A stretch of 64,000 bases of DNA. It comes from an uncultured Gemmatimonadaceae bacterium. GTDB taxonomy: Bacteria; Gemmatimonadota; Gemmatimonadetes; Gemmatimonadales; Gemmatimonadaceae. Shown here piece by piece: positions 1-10,099 of this stretch; the first letter of the stretch is position 1; every line of letters begins with the position of its first letter. The position numbers were made by a program, and so were the translations under genes. Below the pieces are notes generated by a model. That model was not told the DNA's origin. It made no database searches and was given only the letters and a program-made list of their open reading frames with translations. The stretch covers positions 864,001 to 928,000 of the forward strand of contig CAVXGK010000001.1 of assembly GCA_963761305.1 (NCBI GenBank). The letters run 5' to 3'.

Positions 1-322
1 CACGCACTTCATCACCGCGCTCGAGCGGTCGGGCGGCGACGCCAACGTGCTGCGCGTGGAGCGGGCGCTCAAGATCGCCATTCCGGCCACGTGCATCATC
101 ATCGCGCTCTTCGGCGCGCCGCTCGCCACCAGCACACAGCGCGGCGGGTCGGCCTACGGCATCGCGATCAGCCTTGCCACGACGATGATCTTTCTTCTCA
201 TGATCCAGCTGACGCGGGCCATCGGTGGCAAGGGCGTGATTCCGCCCGACCTCGCCGCATGGCTTCCGGGAGCGTTATTCGGAGTGATCGGGCTGGTTCT
301 GCTCGCCCGGGTACGGACTTGA
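1..322 (+). CDS. LptF/LptG family LPS export permease, C-terminal part (5' truncated by the window)
   Basis: Open frame from the window start; KIAIPATCIIIALFGAPLA...RGG and LAAWLP hydrophobic C-terminal helices typical of LptF/G. Confidence 0.8.
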   Translation, partial: THFITALERSGGDANVLRVERALKIAIPATCIIIALFGAPLATSTQRGGSAYGIAISLATTMIFLLMIQLTRAIGGKGVIPPDLAAWLPGALFGVIGLVLLARVRT

Positions 323-1173
323 CGGGGCCGCGCCCGTCGCAGTCGATCGCACGCGAAACCCAGACCTATCCGGTCGTCCAACGCACGTCGATCCGGTTCT
401 TCCGGCGCGTCACGCGCTACTGGATCAACGTGTTTCGCGACGTCGGGCAGCGGACGTACTTCCTGCGCGACATCGCGCGCGGGTTCGGCGATCCCGCGAC
501 GTACGTGCCCGAGACGATTCGCCAGATGAAGAACATCGGCGTCGACTCGGTGCCGCTCACCGTGATCGTCGCCGCGTTCATCGGCGGCGTCATCGCGCTG
601 CAGACGCGGTATCAGCTGTTCCCCGGCGTCGAGCTGTCGATCATCGGACTCGCGAGCCGGCTCATGATCGTGCTCGAGCTCGGGCCCCTGCTCACGGGTC
701 TCGTGCTCACGGGCCGCGTCGGCGGTCGCATGGCCGCCGAGATCGGAACGATGCGCGTCACCGAACAGATCGACGCGCTCGAGACGCTCGCCTACGATCC
801 TGTTGCGTTCCTGATCGTGCCGAGATTGCTCGCGGCGATCTTCATGTTGCCGACGCTCGTCGTCCTGGCCGACGGCATCGGCCTTACAAGCGCGTACGTC
901 GTTTCGGTCCATTTTACCGATGTCCCGGCCACCGACTTCATCACTGGGCTGCGGCTCGGCTTCGGAACGTTCCAGGTCGTCTACAGTCTGCTCAAGGCGA
1001 CGATGTTCGGCGCGGCGATCGCCTTGGTCTGCGCCTATGAGGGTTACATTTCCGAGGCTGGTGCCGAGGGCGTCGGGCGGTCGACGGCGCGAGCGGTCGT
1101 CATCACGTCGGTGACGATTCTCGTGCTCGACGCACTCACGGCGGGCGTGCTCGCTCCCTTCCTCCAGACATGA
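319..1173 (+). CDS. mlaE: MlaE family ABC transporter permease
   Basis: ELGPLLTGLVLTGRVGGRMAAEIGTMRVTEQIDALE and GAEGVGRST motifs; TTG start overlaps the upstream stop. Confidence 0.92.
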   Translation: MTGPRPSQSIARETQTYPVVQRTSIRFFRRVTRYWINVFRDVGQRTYFLRDIARGFGDPATYVPETIRQMKNIGVDSVPLTVIVAAFIGGVIALQTRYQLFPGVELSIIGLASRLMIVLELGPLLTGLVLTGRVGGRMAAEIGTMRVTEQIDALETLAYDPVAFLIVPRLLAAIFMLPTLVVLADGIGLTSAYVVSVHFTDVPATDFITGLRLGFGTFQVVYSLLKATMFGAAIALVCAYEGYISEAGAEGVGRSTARAVVITSVTILVLDALTAGVLAPFLQT

Positions 1174-2087
1174 AGCGTCGCGACGAAGTCACCGTCGGCA
1201 TTCTCATCACGGTTTCGGTCATCGTCCTGCTCCTGGGGACGCTCTGGCTCGTGCGTGGTGGTTTGCGGTCGGGCTATCCGCTCTACACGCGCTTTGCCTG
1301 GGGACAGAATCTCAAGCAGGGCCAGCCGGTGCTGCTGGCCGGCGTGAACGTCGGATACGTCGGCGACGTCACGCTGCGCCGCGACGGCTACCTCGACGTG
1401 ATGCTACGCATCAACGACCAGTACTCGATCCCCAAGGGCTCGAACGCGGCCGTGAAGCCCGTCGGCATCTTCGGCGACGTCGCGATCGCGCTCACGCCGC
1501 CGATTCCACTGACGGCGGCGTCGTACGCGTCGGGCGACACAGTGCCCCCGGGTCCTCCCGCGGCGGATTTCAATCAGATCCTGACCCGCATGGATACCAT
1601 CGGGCAGACGATCTCGCTGCTCACGCGCTCACTGCAGACGCAGGTGGTCGAAGCCGGCACGCTCAAGGACGTGCACAAGATCATCCTGTCGGCGGCGGCG
1701 CTCTCGGCGCAGCTGACGGACCTCGCCGCGCAGCAGAACAAGAACATCACGGCGACGCTGGAGACCTTTCGAAACACCATCGGCCACGTCGACAGTACGA
1801 TGGCCCACGTCGCCAGCGTGGTGGACACGGCCAAGATCGCGGCGACGCTCTCCAATGTTCGCACGACCAGCCAGAACCTCGCGCGGATCTCGTCGCAGCT
1901 CGACTCATCGACGACGCAGCTCCGCGTCTTCGTCGACAAGATGGAGAACGGCAACGGCACGATTCAGAAGCTGATGACCGACTCGCTGATGTACACCGAC
2001 GCCCGGCATCTGCTGCAGACGATGGATTCGCTTGTCGCCGACTTCAAGAAGAACCCGAAGAAATACATCAGCGTCAAGATCTTCTAA
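1170..2087 (+). CDS. MlaD/MCE family protein
   Basis: N-terminal TM, LKQGQPVLLAGVNVGYV MCE motif, helical C-terminus; ATGA overlap with mlaE. Confidence 0.9.
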   Translation: MKRRDEVTVGILITVSVIVLLLGTLWLVRGGLRSGYPLYTRFAWGQNLKQGQPVLLAGVNVGYVGDVTLRRDGYLDVMLRINDQYSIPKGSNAAVKPVGIFGDVAIALTPPIPLTAASYASGDTVPPGPPAADFNQILTRMDTIGQTISLLTRSLQTQVVEAGTLKDVHKIILSAAALSAQLTDLAAQQNKNITATLETFRNTIGHVDSTMAHVASVVDTAKIAATLSNVRTTSQNLARISSQLDSSTTQLRVFVDKMENGNGTIQKLMTDSLMYTDARHLLQTMDSLVADFKKNPKKYISVKIF

Positions 2088-3503
2088 TCAGTCTCCCGGC
2101 GACGGCGCGCGTCTCGACTCGAGCGCGGCACCGGGCGTGCGGCCCACCGTCGCATAGTAGATCGGGATGCCGAGCGCGATGACGCCGAAGATCGCCAGCG
2201 TCGGCCAGCGGCTGCTCGGGTCGATCAGCGCATTGGCGAGCAGGTAGATCGTCGCCAGCACGAACAGGATCGGCGCCACGGGATAGAGCGGCGCACGAAA
2301 CGCCGGCTTGTAGTCGGCGCGCCGCCTGAACGCGAAGATCGACGCGACGCCCAACGCGTAAAACGGCAGAATCGCCGTGACGAAGGTGTCGGCGAGTTGT
2401 TCGAACGTTCGCATCAGCACGAAGATGATGCCGAGCACCGCCGCCAGCGTGATCGCCACATAGGGCGTCTCGTAGCGCGGATGCACGGCCGCGATCTTCC
2501 GGAACAGCAGACGGTCCGCCGCCATCGCGAAGAACACGCGCGGATTCGTCAGGATCGAGCCGTTCAGCGTGCCGAGCGTCGACAGCATCACCGTGATCGA
2601 CACGAACGTCACGCCGACGGGACCGACGACCCGCAGCGCGACGTCGGCCGCGACGAGCTTCGAGTGCCGGATCTCGTCGACCGACATCACCCCGAGATAC
2701 GCGATGTTCGCCAGCAGGTACATCACGATGACGGCGCACGTGCCGAGGATGAGCGCGCGCGGCAGGTTCTTCTCCGGATTCTTCACTTCGCCCGAGATGA
2801 ACGCGAGGTCGGCCCATCCGTCATACGCCCACAGCACCGACACGAGCGCCAATCCGAAAGGTGCGATCGAGAAGCTTCCCGCGGGAGCCGGCGGCGTGAA
2901 ATGTCCTCCGGTCTTCGGAATACCAACGGCGATGGCGACGATCACGATGAACAGCAGTCCGAAATACTTCGCGATGGTCGTGATGTTCTGAAGCAGCGAG
3001 CCCCACCGCACGCCGACGTAGTTCAGCGCCGCGATGACGGCGATCGCGAGGGCCGCGACGTAGTGCACCCAGCCGTCGTACGGCGCGACGGTCGGATCGA
3101 AGCCGAGCACGCGGAGCAGGTACTCGGCGAACGTCGTGGCGATCGCGCCGAGCGCCGCGGCGCGAATGATCGCCAGCTCGGACCAGCCGAACAGAAACGC
3201 CGGCAACCGACCCCACGCGTTTCGAATGAACACGAAGATGCCGCCCGTCTCGGGAAACGACCCGGCGACCTCGGCCAGCGTGAGCGCGCCGCACAGGGCG
3301 ACCACGCCACCCGCGATCCACACGCCAAAAAGCGGAAGCGGACCAGGCAGTCGATTCGTGACGCTCGCCGGCGTGCGGAAGATTCCCGAGCCGATCGTAA
3401 TCCCGATGACGACGGCGATGGCGCTCCACAATCCGAGGCGCCGCGGGAGTTCCGCGGGCGCGCCGGCGGCGGGAGTCGAGGGGGCGGGAGGGGGGGGCGT
3501 CAT
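2088..3503 (-). CDS. APC family amino acid permease
   Basis: IGSGIF, GGIFVF, YDGW, GEVKNPEKNLPRA motifs; multiple TM helices. Confidence 0.92.
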   Translation of the reverse strand: MTPPPPAPSTPAAGAPAELPRRLGLWSAIAVVIGITIGSGIFRTPASVTNRLPGPLPLFGVWIAGGVVALCGALTLAEVAGSFPETGGIFVFIRNAWGRLPAFLFGWSELAIIRAAALGAIATTFAEYLLRVLGFDPTVAPYDGWVHYVAALAIAVIAALNYVGVRWGSLLQNITTIAKYFGLLFIVIVAIAVGIPKTGGHFTPPAPAGSFSIAPFGLALVSVLWAYDGWADLAFISGEVKNPEKNLPRALILGTCAVIVMYLLANIAYLGVMSVDEIRHSKLVAADVALRVVGPVGVTFVSITVMLSTLGTLNGSILTNPRVFFAMAADRLLFRKIAAVHPRYETPYVAITLAAVLGIIFVLMRTFEQLADTFVTAILPFYALGVASIFAFRRRADYKPAFRAPLYPVAPILFVLATIYLLANALIDPSSRWPTLAIFGVIALGIPIYYATVGRTPGAALESRRAPSPGD

Positions 3504-3687
3504 TCCATAGGATGGTAGCGCCAGCGTGGCATCGCGGCGAGCCGAGCATGGCTAGCGGGTCCATCGGCATGACCAATGCGGTGTCAGTGGCCCCCGCCCC
3601 CACGCTGCGACACAGGTCGATTGATTCACCGGTCCACCGATTCACGTCGCGCGTGCGGTGGTAGTTCCACACGAGCTCGAGGACGAC

Positions 3688-4236
3688 ATGTACAACCGGA
3701 ACGGCAGTCTGACATCGCGAACGATCGGTCGTCGCGCGATCACATTCGCTGGAATCGTCGCGGCGTTTTTCATCGTCGCCTGCGGCGGGGGCGAAAAGAA
3801 AGCGGGAGGCGAATCGACGGCTGCGGTCCCTCCCGGCGGCGCGGGTGCGACGGCGGCGGCCGGCGGTGCGGCACCTGGCGCCGCGCCCGGTGCGCTTCCC
3901 ACGCCCGCTCCAGGCGCTCCTCCCGCGGGTGCGACGGTGGCGATGCTCGCCGAAGGCGACAGCATCTTCCACGGGATGAAGGCCGGCGGTCTCTGTCAGA
4001 CGTGCCACGGCCCCGATGCCGCGGGCACCCCGCTCGCGCCGCCGCTCGCCAACAAGCAGCAGTGGCTCACCGGCGACGGGAGCTATGACTTCATCCAGAA
4101 GCGCGTGACCACTGGAATGCCCACGCCCACGCCGCCGTATTCGAGCCCGATGTTGCCGATGGGCGGAGCGCAACTGACGGCGGATCAGATCAAATCCGTG
4201 GCCGCATACGTGTACTCGATCAGTCACAAGAGCTGA
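3688..4236 (+). CDS. Monohaem c-type cytochrome, lipoprotein
   Basis: Lipobox IVAC, Ala/Pro linker, CQTCH haem motif, distal Met (PMLPMGG). Confidence 0.85.
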   Translation: MYNRNGSLTSRTIGRRAITFAGIVAAFFIVACGGGEKKAGGESTAAVPPGGAGATAAAGGAAPGAAPGALPTPAPGAPPAGATVAMLAEGDSIFHGMKAGGLCQTCHGPDAAGTPLAPPLANKQQWLTGDGSYDFIQKRVTTGMPTPTPPYSSPMLPMGGAQLTADQIKSVAAYVYSISHKS

Positions 4237-4338
4237 GCAGCAAAGATCGATGTGGTGGCTGGCGCGCCGGCGCTCCAACGAGCGTGTTCGGCGCGCTAGC
4301 TTTGGGTGGTCGCAGGTTCTTCCGCCCAACTCACGCGC

Positions 4339-4617
4339 ATGGTCAATCGTTTCGTCGACGCGATCTTCTGGATCGCCGTCGCGTGTTGTCTCGTCGCGCA
4401 GGTGGCGATCGTTCGATCCTCGCTCGTTTCTCCGGCGCAGGCGCCGACCTCGGACGATGGGGGGAGAACGTCCGCCGGTCGCCGCGCGCTCGAGGTGTGC
4501 TGGGCGGTCATTCCCGGGATAGCGCTCGCGCTCCTGTTCGTCGCCACATGGCGCGCCATGCACGGCGCGTCGGCGTCGGCGTCGGCGATTCTGAATGTGA
4601 TGTCGGCGACGCGATGA
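4339..4617 (+). CDS. Small two-TM protein resembling the cytochrome c oxidase subunit II transmembrane hairpin
   Basis: Two hydrophobic helices, LEVCWAVIPGIAL similar to the CoxII LExxWTxIP motif; stop overlaps the ctaA start (ATGA). Confidence 0.6.
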   Translation: MVNRFVDAIFWIAVACCLVAQVAIVRSSLVSPAQAPTSDDGGRTSAGRRALEVCWAVIPGIALALLFVATWRAMHGASASASAILNVMSATR

Positions 4618-5597
4618 AGACGGTGCGCCGGCTGTCGCTCGTCGCCCTGGCGACCGCGTGCCTTCACCTCGTGTTCGGCGCCATCGTACGCATCTCCGGT
4701 TCGGGGATGGGCTGCGGGAACAACTGGCCCAAATGCTACGGCTACTGGTTTCCGCCGTTCAGCCGGCCGGATCTCGTCGTCGAGGTGACGCACCGCTATC
4801 TCGCGTCGATCCTGCTCACGAGCGTCGCGCTCATGACGCTCGCCGCGTTTCGGCATCGGGAGGAACGCGGTGTCGGCGGAAGCGGCGGCGTGTTGCGTTC
4901 GTCGGGCGGTGCGCTCGGCGCCGTATTGTTCGCCGCCGCCCTGGGCGGCGTGACGGTGAAATTCGGCAACGCCCCGTGGGCGACGGTCGCCCATTGGCTC
5001 GTCGCGATGACCGTCCTCGCCATGGTCGCCACGACCGCGGTGCGCGCCGGTACACTCGGCGGCGCGAGCGCGAGTGTGCAACGCGGTACCGCAAGAGCGG
5101 CGCGCTCCGGGCGAGCGGCGGCGATCCTCGCTCTTTTCGCCGTCGCGCTCGGTGGGTTGACCGCCAAGATTCCCGGCGCGTCCGTCGCGTGCACGAGCGT
5201 CCCGCTGTGCGGCCGCAACGCCGCCGTCGACACAGCCGCCGCGGTCGTGCAGATGACGCATCGCGCGATCGCCGTGCTCCTGCTCCTGCATCTGATCGGC
5301 GTCGTCGCGATGGTGCGCCGGCACCGTGCTGACGAAGCGCCGATCGTGGTGCGCGCGGCGCATGTCGCGCTGGGCATGGTGCTGCTGCAACTCGCCGTCG
5401 CGTCGTCGATGGTGCTGCTGCACCTCCCCGCCGTGCTTCGCTCGCTGCACGAAGCGACAGGCGTCGGCATCTGGCTCAGCTGCTTCCTCCTCGCGTATCT
5501 CGCCCGTCGCACCGCACCGGCCGCCGTTCATGAACCGGCCGAGGTGCCGCGGGCGGCCGGCGCGCGCGTTCAGCCGCTCCGGGCCACCGAGTCATGA
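4614..5597 (+). CDS. ctaA: Haem A synthase (COX15/CtaA family)
   Basis: GAIVRISGSGMGCGNNWPKC, EVTHR, second Cys pair and QMTHR, LH motifs. Confidence 0.9.
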   Translation: MKTVRRLSLVALATACLHLVFGAIVRISGSGMGCGNNWPKCYGYWFPPFSRPDLVVEVTHRYLASILLTSVALMTLAAFRHREERGVGGSGGVLRSSGGALGAVLFAAALGGVTVKFGNAPWATVAHWLVAMTVLAMVATTAVRAGTLGGASASVQRGTARAARSGRAAAILALFAVALGGLTAKIPGASVACTSVPLCGRNAAVDTAAAVVQMTHRAIAVLLLLHLIGVVAMVRRHRADEAPIVVRAAHVALGMVLLQLAVASSMVLLHLPAVLRSLHEATGVGIWLSCFLLAYLARRTAPAAVHEPAEVPRAAGARVQPLRATES

Positions 5598-6505
5598 CGG
5601 ACGCCGTCGCTCTCGGACAGACGCGCTCGATCTGGCGCGACCTCGTCGCGCTGACGAAGCCGCGCATCATCTCGCTGCTTCTCGTCACGACAATCGCGCC
5701 GATGTTCGTCGCGGGGCGCCCGGGGTGGACGCTCGTGCTGGCGGTCTTCGCCGGCGGCTATCTCATGGCCGGGGGCGCGAACGCGGTGAACATGTACATC
5801 GACCGTGACATCGATGATCGCATGGCGCGCACTCGACTGCGTCCGATCCCGAGCGGACGGATGCATCCGCGGCAGGTGCTGGCGTTCGGCGTGCTCCTCT
5901 CGACGGCAGCCACGTTCCTGCTCGGCTATGCGGCGAACATGTTGACCGCGGCGCTCGCGCTCGCCGGCTTCTACTTCTACGTGTTCATCTACACGCGTTG
6001 GCTCAAGCGCAGCACGCCGCAGAACATCGTCATCGGCGGGGCCGCCGGCGCGTTTCCGCCACTCGTGGGTTGGGCCGCGGTGACGAACCGAATCGACCTC
6101 CTCGCCGTCTACCTGTTTCTCATCGTGTTCTACTGGACGCCGCCGCACTTCTGGGCGCTCGCGCTCCTCAAGCAACGCGACTACGACCGCGCGCACGTCC
6201 CGATGGCGCCGCTCGTCTGGGGTGAGCGCGAGACCAAGCGCCAGATGCTCTGGTACACGCTCGTGCTCGTGCCGCTCACGCTGTTGCCGGTGGCGTTTCA
6301 CGCACTCGGCCTCGTGTATCTCGTGGCCGCGGTGATCCTCGGCGGGAAATTCGTCGCCGAAGTCGTGCGCGTGATGCGAGCGACCGAATGGAGCGCGCCG
6401 GCGTGGCGCCTCTACAAATACTCGCTGCTCTACCTCGCCTTGCTCTTCGCGGCCATGGTGGCCGACCGCTTCATTCCGCTCGGAACGTCCGCGACTTCCG
6501 TCTGA
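5594..6505 (+). CDS. ctaB: Protohaem IX farnesyltransferase (haem O synthase)
   Basis: LTKPRI, NMYIDRDIDDRMARTRLRPIPSG, WTPPHFWAL motifs. Confidence 0.96.
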   Translation: MTDAVALGQTRSIWRDLVALTKPRIISLLLVTTIAPMFVAGRPGWTLVLAVFAGGYLMAGGANAVNMYIDRDIDDRMARTRLRPIPSGRMHPRQVLAFGVLLSTAATFLLGYAANMLTAALALAGFYFYVFIYTRWLKRSTPQNIVIGGAAGAFPPLVGWAAVTNRIDLLAVYLFLIVFYWTPPHFWALALLKQRDYDRAHVPMAPLVWGERETKRQMLWYTLVLVPLTLLPVAFHALGLVYLVAAVILGGKFVAEVVRVMRATEWSAPAWRLYKYSLLYLALLFAAMVADRFIPLGTSATSV

Positions 6506-7335
6506 CGCGCAGGTGTCGCCGGCGCTCCGCCGGGGCCCTCGATCGTCAGGTTTGTCGTCTGCCGAGCGGAAATCTGAACCTGCCGTTCGATCGGCTTCTC
6601 GAGATCCGGCCGCCAGATCCTGATGGTGTAGCTCCCCGCCGGAACCGAGTCGAGGGAAAATCGTCCGTGCTCGTCGGTCACGGCGAAGTACGGATGATCG
6701 AACACGGCGATCGTCGCGTGCGTCCACGGATGCAACGTGCAGGTGACGTCCACGAAGCCCACACGTTTCGTCAGACGCTCGCTCGCCACGATCTGGCCCG
6801 TGTTGAAGAACGGCATCGTGACCGTGCTGTCGACGGGCGCTCCTTTGAACACGAGCCGGTGCAACGCGGCGTCGTCGTTGTAAACGTTGATGGTCGACCC
6901 GACCGTCGTCGCGACGATGCTCGGGTCCAGACCGCAATCTTCGCTCGACAGATCGGCTCGCTTCTCCTCGGGAAGCGACTTGCCGGTCTTGAGGCCGTCG
7001 ATCCAGACGAGAGCGGCGCGCGAGCGTGGAGGCGTCGCCCTGCCCGTCTCGCACTCGTGCGTGGACTCGTCGATCGCCGGAAGCGAACCGTAGTCGACCG
7101 TGCCGACGACGGTTCCCAGTTCCGACGTCGCTGACGGCCGGTACGCCGTAGCGACGAGCTCGAATCCTTCGTGCGGATCGGACGCCACGGCGACGCGCTG
7201 TGGCTGGCCGCCTGCCGACGAGGAGTCCTTCGAGCAGGCCGCGGCGCCGAGAACCATCACGGCGGCAATCGCAAAGCGTCGTACGCAGCTTTGCCGGGAC
7301 AAGGACACCTCTGGATGAGTCGACAGATCCGGCAA
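6430..7335 (-). CDS. Lipoprotein with cupredoxin-like and carboxypeptidase-regulatory-like (beta-sandwich) domains
   Basis: Lipobox AAAC; NDDAALH, CTLHPW and DHPYFAVTDEHGRFSLDSVPAGSYTIRIW; start uncertain; 3' end overlaps ctaB. Confidence 0.7.
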   Translation of the reverse strand: MPDLSTHPEVSLSRQSCVRRFAIAAVMVLGAAACSKDSSSAGGQPQRVAVASDPHEGFELVATAYRPSATSELGTVVGTVDYGSLPAIDESTHECETGRATPPRSRAALVWIDGLKTGKSLPEEKRADLSSEDCGLDPSIVATTVGSTINVYNDDAALHRLVFKGAPVDSTVTMPFFNTGQIVASERLTKRVGFVDVTCTLHPWTHATIAVFDHPYFAVTDEHGRFSLDSVPAGSYTIRIWRPDLEKPIERQVQISARQTTNLTIEGPGGAPATPARQTEVADVPSGMKRSATMAAKSKAR

Positions 7336-7376
7336 GAATGCCGGACCTCAGAGGTACGACCGCAACGAGCGGACCG

Positions 7377-8555
7377 CTAGACGATCAACAGCTCGCGCTG
7401 ATAGTCGCGAGGCGTGACAACCGCCTCGCCCGGCACGACGTAGACGTTGACCTCGCTACGCATTCCGACCTTGCCGGCGATGTAAATGCCCGGCTCGATC
7501 GAGAATCCGATCCCGGGAACGAGCAGACGCTCTTCCCGCGTCTCGAGGTTGTCGAGGTGGGGGCCTGATCCGTGCAAATCTCTCGGATCGATCGAATGCC
7601 CGGTGCGGTGCGTGAAGTAGTCGCCGAAGCCGCGCGACTGGATGACGCGTCGCGCCGCGTCGTCCACCTCGGCGCCGCGCGTCGCCACGTTCGCCTTGGC
7701 GCGCTCGCGCACGAGCGCGATCGCCGCGTCGCGCGCATCGCGCACTGCATTCCAGATCTCTAGCGACTCGGCCGACGGCTTCCCAAGCGAGGCCATCCAC
7801 GTCTGGTCCGCGTAGACGCCGCCCTCTTCCTTCGCCCAGAGGTCGATGAGCAGAATCTCACCGGGACGAATGACGCGAGGTTGATCGGCCGACGGTTCAT
7901 AGTGGGGATTCGCCGCGTTCGCGCCGGCCGAGACGTTCGGGCCGTGGTCTGTGTAGAGTCCCGCACGCTTGAACTCGTCCTGAATCCAACCCATGAGCTC
8001 GTGCTCGGCGAGCGGCTCCGCACCGCGCGCACGCGTGCCCGCGAGCTCCATCGCCTTGCGAGCGATTCCGGCGATCACCTCGGCCGCGCGCTCGTGCGAC
8101 GCGATGTTCTCCACGGTCCACGAGGCGTAGAAGCGCGTGACGAGCTCCCCGGACGAGAACACGGTCGCTCCCGACGCGCGCACCATCTCGATTACGCCGG
8201 CGGGCACGCGGTCGAGATACGGCACCGCGTCGCCGGCCGAGTATTCCATCGCCACGCGCTTGCCGCCGACGTGCTTGGCGAGCAGTGCCTCGAGGCTCCG
8301 CCACGACGCGTAGACCTCTTTCTGCCATTCGCCAGGCCAGCGCCGCCACGGTCCTTGCTCGATCGCGTGCGTGAACGCGACCGGCAGTCCGCGCGCCGGC
8401 ACGAAGGCGAACGCACGCCGCGTCGTCATGCCCTCGAGGCCGACCAGCTGCGCGGCGATGGGGTTCAATCCGCGAAAATCGTAGAGCAGCCAGCCGTCGA
8501 GGTTTGCGTCGATCAGGGCGCGCTGCAATTCGAACAACGTATCTGTGGTCAGCAT
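7377..8555 (-). CDS. M24 family (Xaa-Pro) metallopeptidase
   Basis: NPHY, LLIDLW, ADQT, HRTGHSI, FSIEPGIY, RSE metal-ligand motifs. Confidence 0.93.
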   Translation of the reverse strand: MLTTDTLFELQRALIDANLDGWLLYDFRGLNPIAAQLVGLEGMTTRRAFAFVPARGLPVAFTHAIEQGPWRRWPGEWQKEVYASWRSLEALLAKHVGGKRVAMEYSAGDAVPYLDRVPAGVIEMVRASGATVFSSGELVTRFYASWTVENIASHERAAEVIAGIARKAMELAGTRARGAEPLAEHELMGWIQDEFKRAGLYTDHGPNVSAGANAANPHYEPSADQPRVIRPGEILLIDLWAKEEGGVYADQTWMASLGKPSAESLEIWNAVRDARDAAIALVRERAKANVATRGAEVDDAARRVIQSRGFGDYFTHRTGHSIDPRDLHGSGPHLDNLETREERLLVPGIGFSIEPGIYIAGKVGMRSEVNVYVVPGEAVVTPRDYQRELLIV

Positions 8556-8564
8556 CCAGGAAGT

Positions 8565-9203
8565 TTACCCCAGGCCGGCAGTTCGATCGACCGCGCGCCA
8601 GTCGGCACGCCACTCGCACGTGCCTTCTCCGCGCGCCGCACAGCGCACATGCTCCACCGCGCCGATGCTGCCGATCAGCCGTTGGAGTAATTCTCGCACC
8701 GATGCTTCGTAGTACGTGCAACCCACGCTGCCCGGCGCCGTGCCGAGCGTAATGGAACGGGGCACGTCGATCATCAAAAAGCTGCCCACCTTGCGCACGT
8801 TGCCGCCGAGGTACCGCGCGGCGATTTTCTTGGCGTAGCGAAAGGCCAGGGGCCGCGCGACGGCCGCCGGCAGGAGCCGCATCAACTGGCGGTTGATGGG
8901 CGAGATGGTCTGATACGATTGCCGCGCAGTGTAGCGGCCCGCGGCGCGAAACACCGCTTCGGCGTCCGGGCGGCGACCGATCAGCTTGGCGAGCCCGATA
9001 ACCTCATCGGAACCGGTGCGCTGACCTTTTCGCACCGCCTCGCTGTGTCGCTTGATCTGGGTGTAGACGGTGTCGCTCAGCCCGAACCGCTTGTTGCGAA
9101 GCTCGTCGACGTACTCGGTGTCGAGTTGATCGATCGGCGTGTCGACGTTCCGGACCGCTTCTAAAAGACTCAACGGAAACAGAGCATCAACAGTGGCGAG
9201 CAT
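8565..9203 (-). CDS. Hypothetical protein with C-terminal V4R-like domain
   Basis: GCTYY...EHVRCAARGEGTCEW pattern characteristic of V4R domains; ATG at 9203. Confidence 0.65.
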   Translation of the reverse strand: MLATVDALFPLSLLEAVRNVDTPIDQLDTEYVDELRNKRFGLSDTVYTQIKRHSEAVRKGQRTGSDEVIGLAKLIGRRPDAEAVFRAAGRYTARQSYQTISPINRQLMRLLPAAVARPLAFRYAKKIAARYLGGNVRKVGSFLMIDVPRSITLGTAPGSVGCTYYEASVRELLQRLIGSIGAVEHVRCAARGEGTCEWRADWRAVDRTAGLG

Positions 9204-9286
9204 GAGCCTCGATGTAAGTCGGGAACCGGCGGGCGGTTGAAAAGCGAAGCTAGCCGCGCGTCCTTGCCCCTTCAAGACGCACGCTG

Positions 9287-10099
9287 ATGGGCGCGCGCGC
9301 GGCAATCGGCTTGCTCATCGCGGCGATCATCGCCACGCTTGCGCGACGCACCCGATCGCTGTCGAGAAGCGGCGCCGTTGCCGCGACGGGGCTCGGCGCG
9401 CTCGCGACCGCGGCGGGCTATCCATGGGCGATCCTCCTCGTCGTCTACTTCGCGTCATCGAGCGCGCTGTCGCGGCTCGGCTCGACCGAGAAGGAGCGCC
9501 TGACCGGAGGCATCGTCGCCAAGGGCGGCCAGCGCGACGCACGGCAGGTGTTGGCCAACGGCGGGGTCTTTGCCGTCGCCGCACTCGGCATGCTCCTCCA
9601 GCCCGGGCCTTGGTGGACGTCGCTCGCCGCGGGTTCGCTTGCCGCGAGCGCCGCCGACACCTGGGCCACGGAGATCGGAACGCGCTTTGGCGGCGTCCCA
9701 CGATCGATTTTATCGGGAAAACCGGTCCCGGTGGGAACGTCCGGCGGGGTCACGGTGATTGGAAGCCTGGGTGCGCTCGCCGGAGCCGTATTCGTGGCGG
9801 GCGTGTCCCTGGCGATCGGGTGGACGCGTCTCGCCGCACTGTCGGCCCTGGCCGGCGGCATCGTCGGCGGGCTTGCCGATTCGCTGCTCGGTGCGACGCT
9901 GCAGGTCCGGCGGTGGTGCGACGCGTGCAGTCTCGCCACGGAGCGACCGAGACACGATTGTGGAGCGGAGACTCGCGTGACGGGCGGAATCGTGGGATTC
10001 GACAACGACATGGTGAATCTGTTCAGCGTGATCGCCGGCGGTGCGTCGGCAACGGGACTCTTCGCGGCGCTCGTTTCGGGATCGACGGCTCTTCGATGA
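9287..10099 (+). CDS. DUF92 (TMEM19-like) membrane protein
   Basis: RDARQVLANGG, ADTWATEIG, GTSGGVT, DSLLGATLQ, NDMVN motifs. Confidence 0.92.
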   Translation: MGARAAIGLLIAAIIATLARRTRSLSRSGAVAATGLGALATAAGYPWAILLVVYFASSSALSRLGSTEKERLTGGIVAKGGQRDARQVLANGGVFAVAALGMLLQPGPWWTSLAAGSLAASAADTWATEIGTRFGGVPRSILSGKPVPVGTSGGVTVIGSLGALAGAVFVAGVSLAIGWTRLAALSALAGGIVGGLADSLLGATLQVRRWCDACSLATERPRHDCGAETRVTGGIVGFDNDMVNLFSVIAGGASATGLFAALVSGSTALR

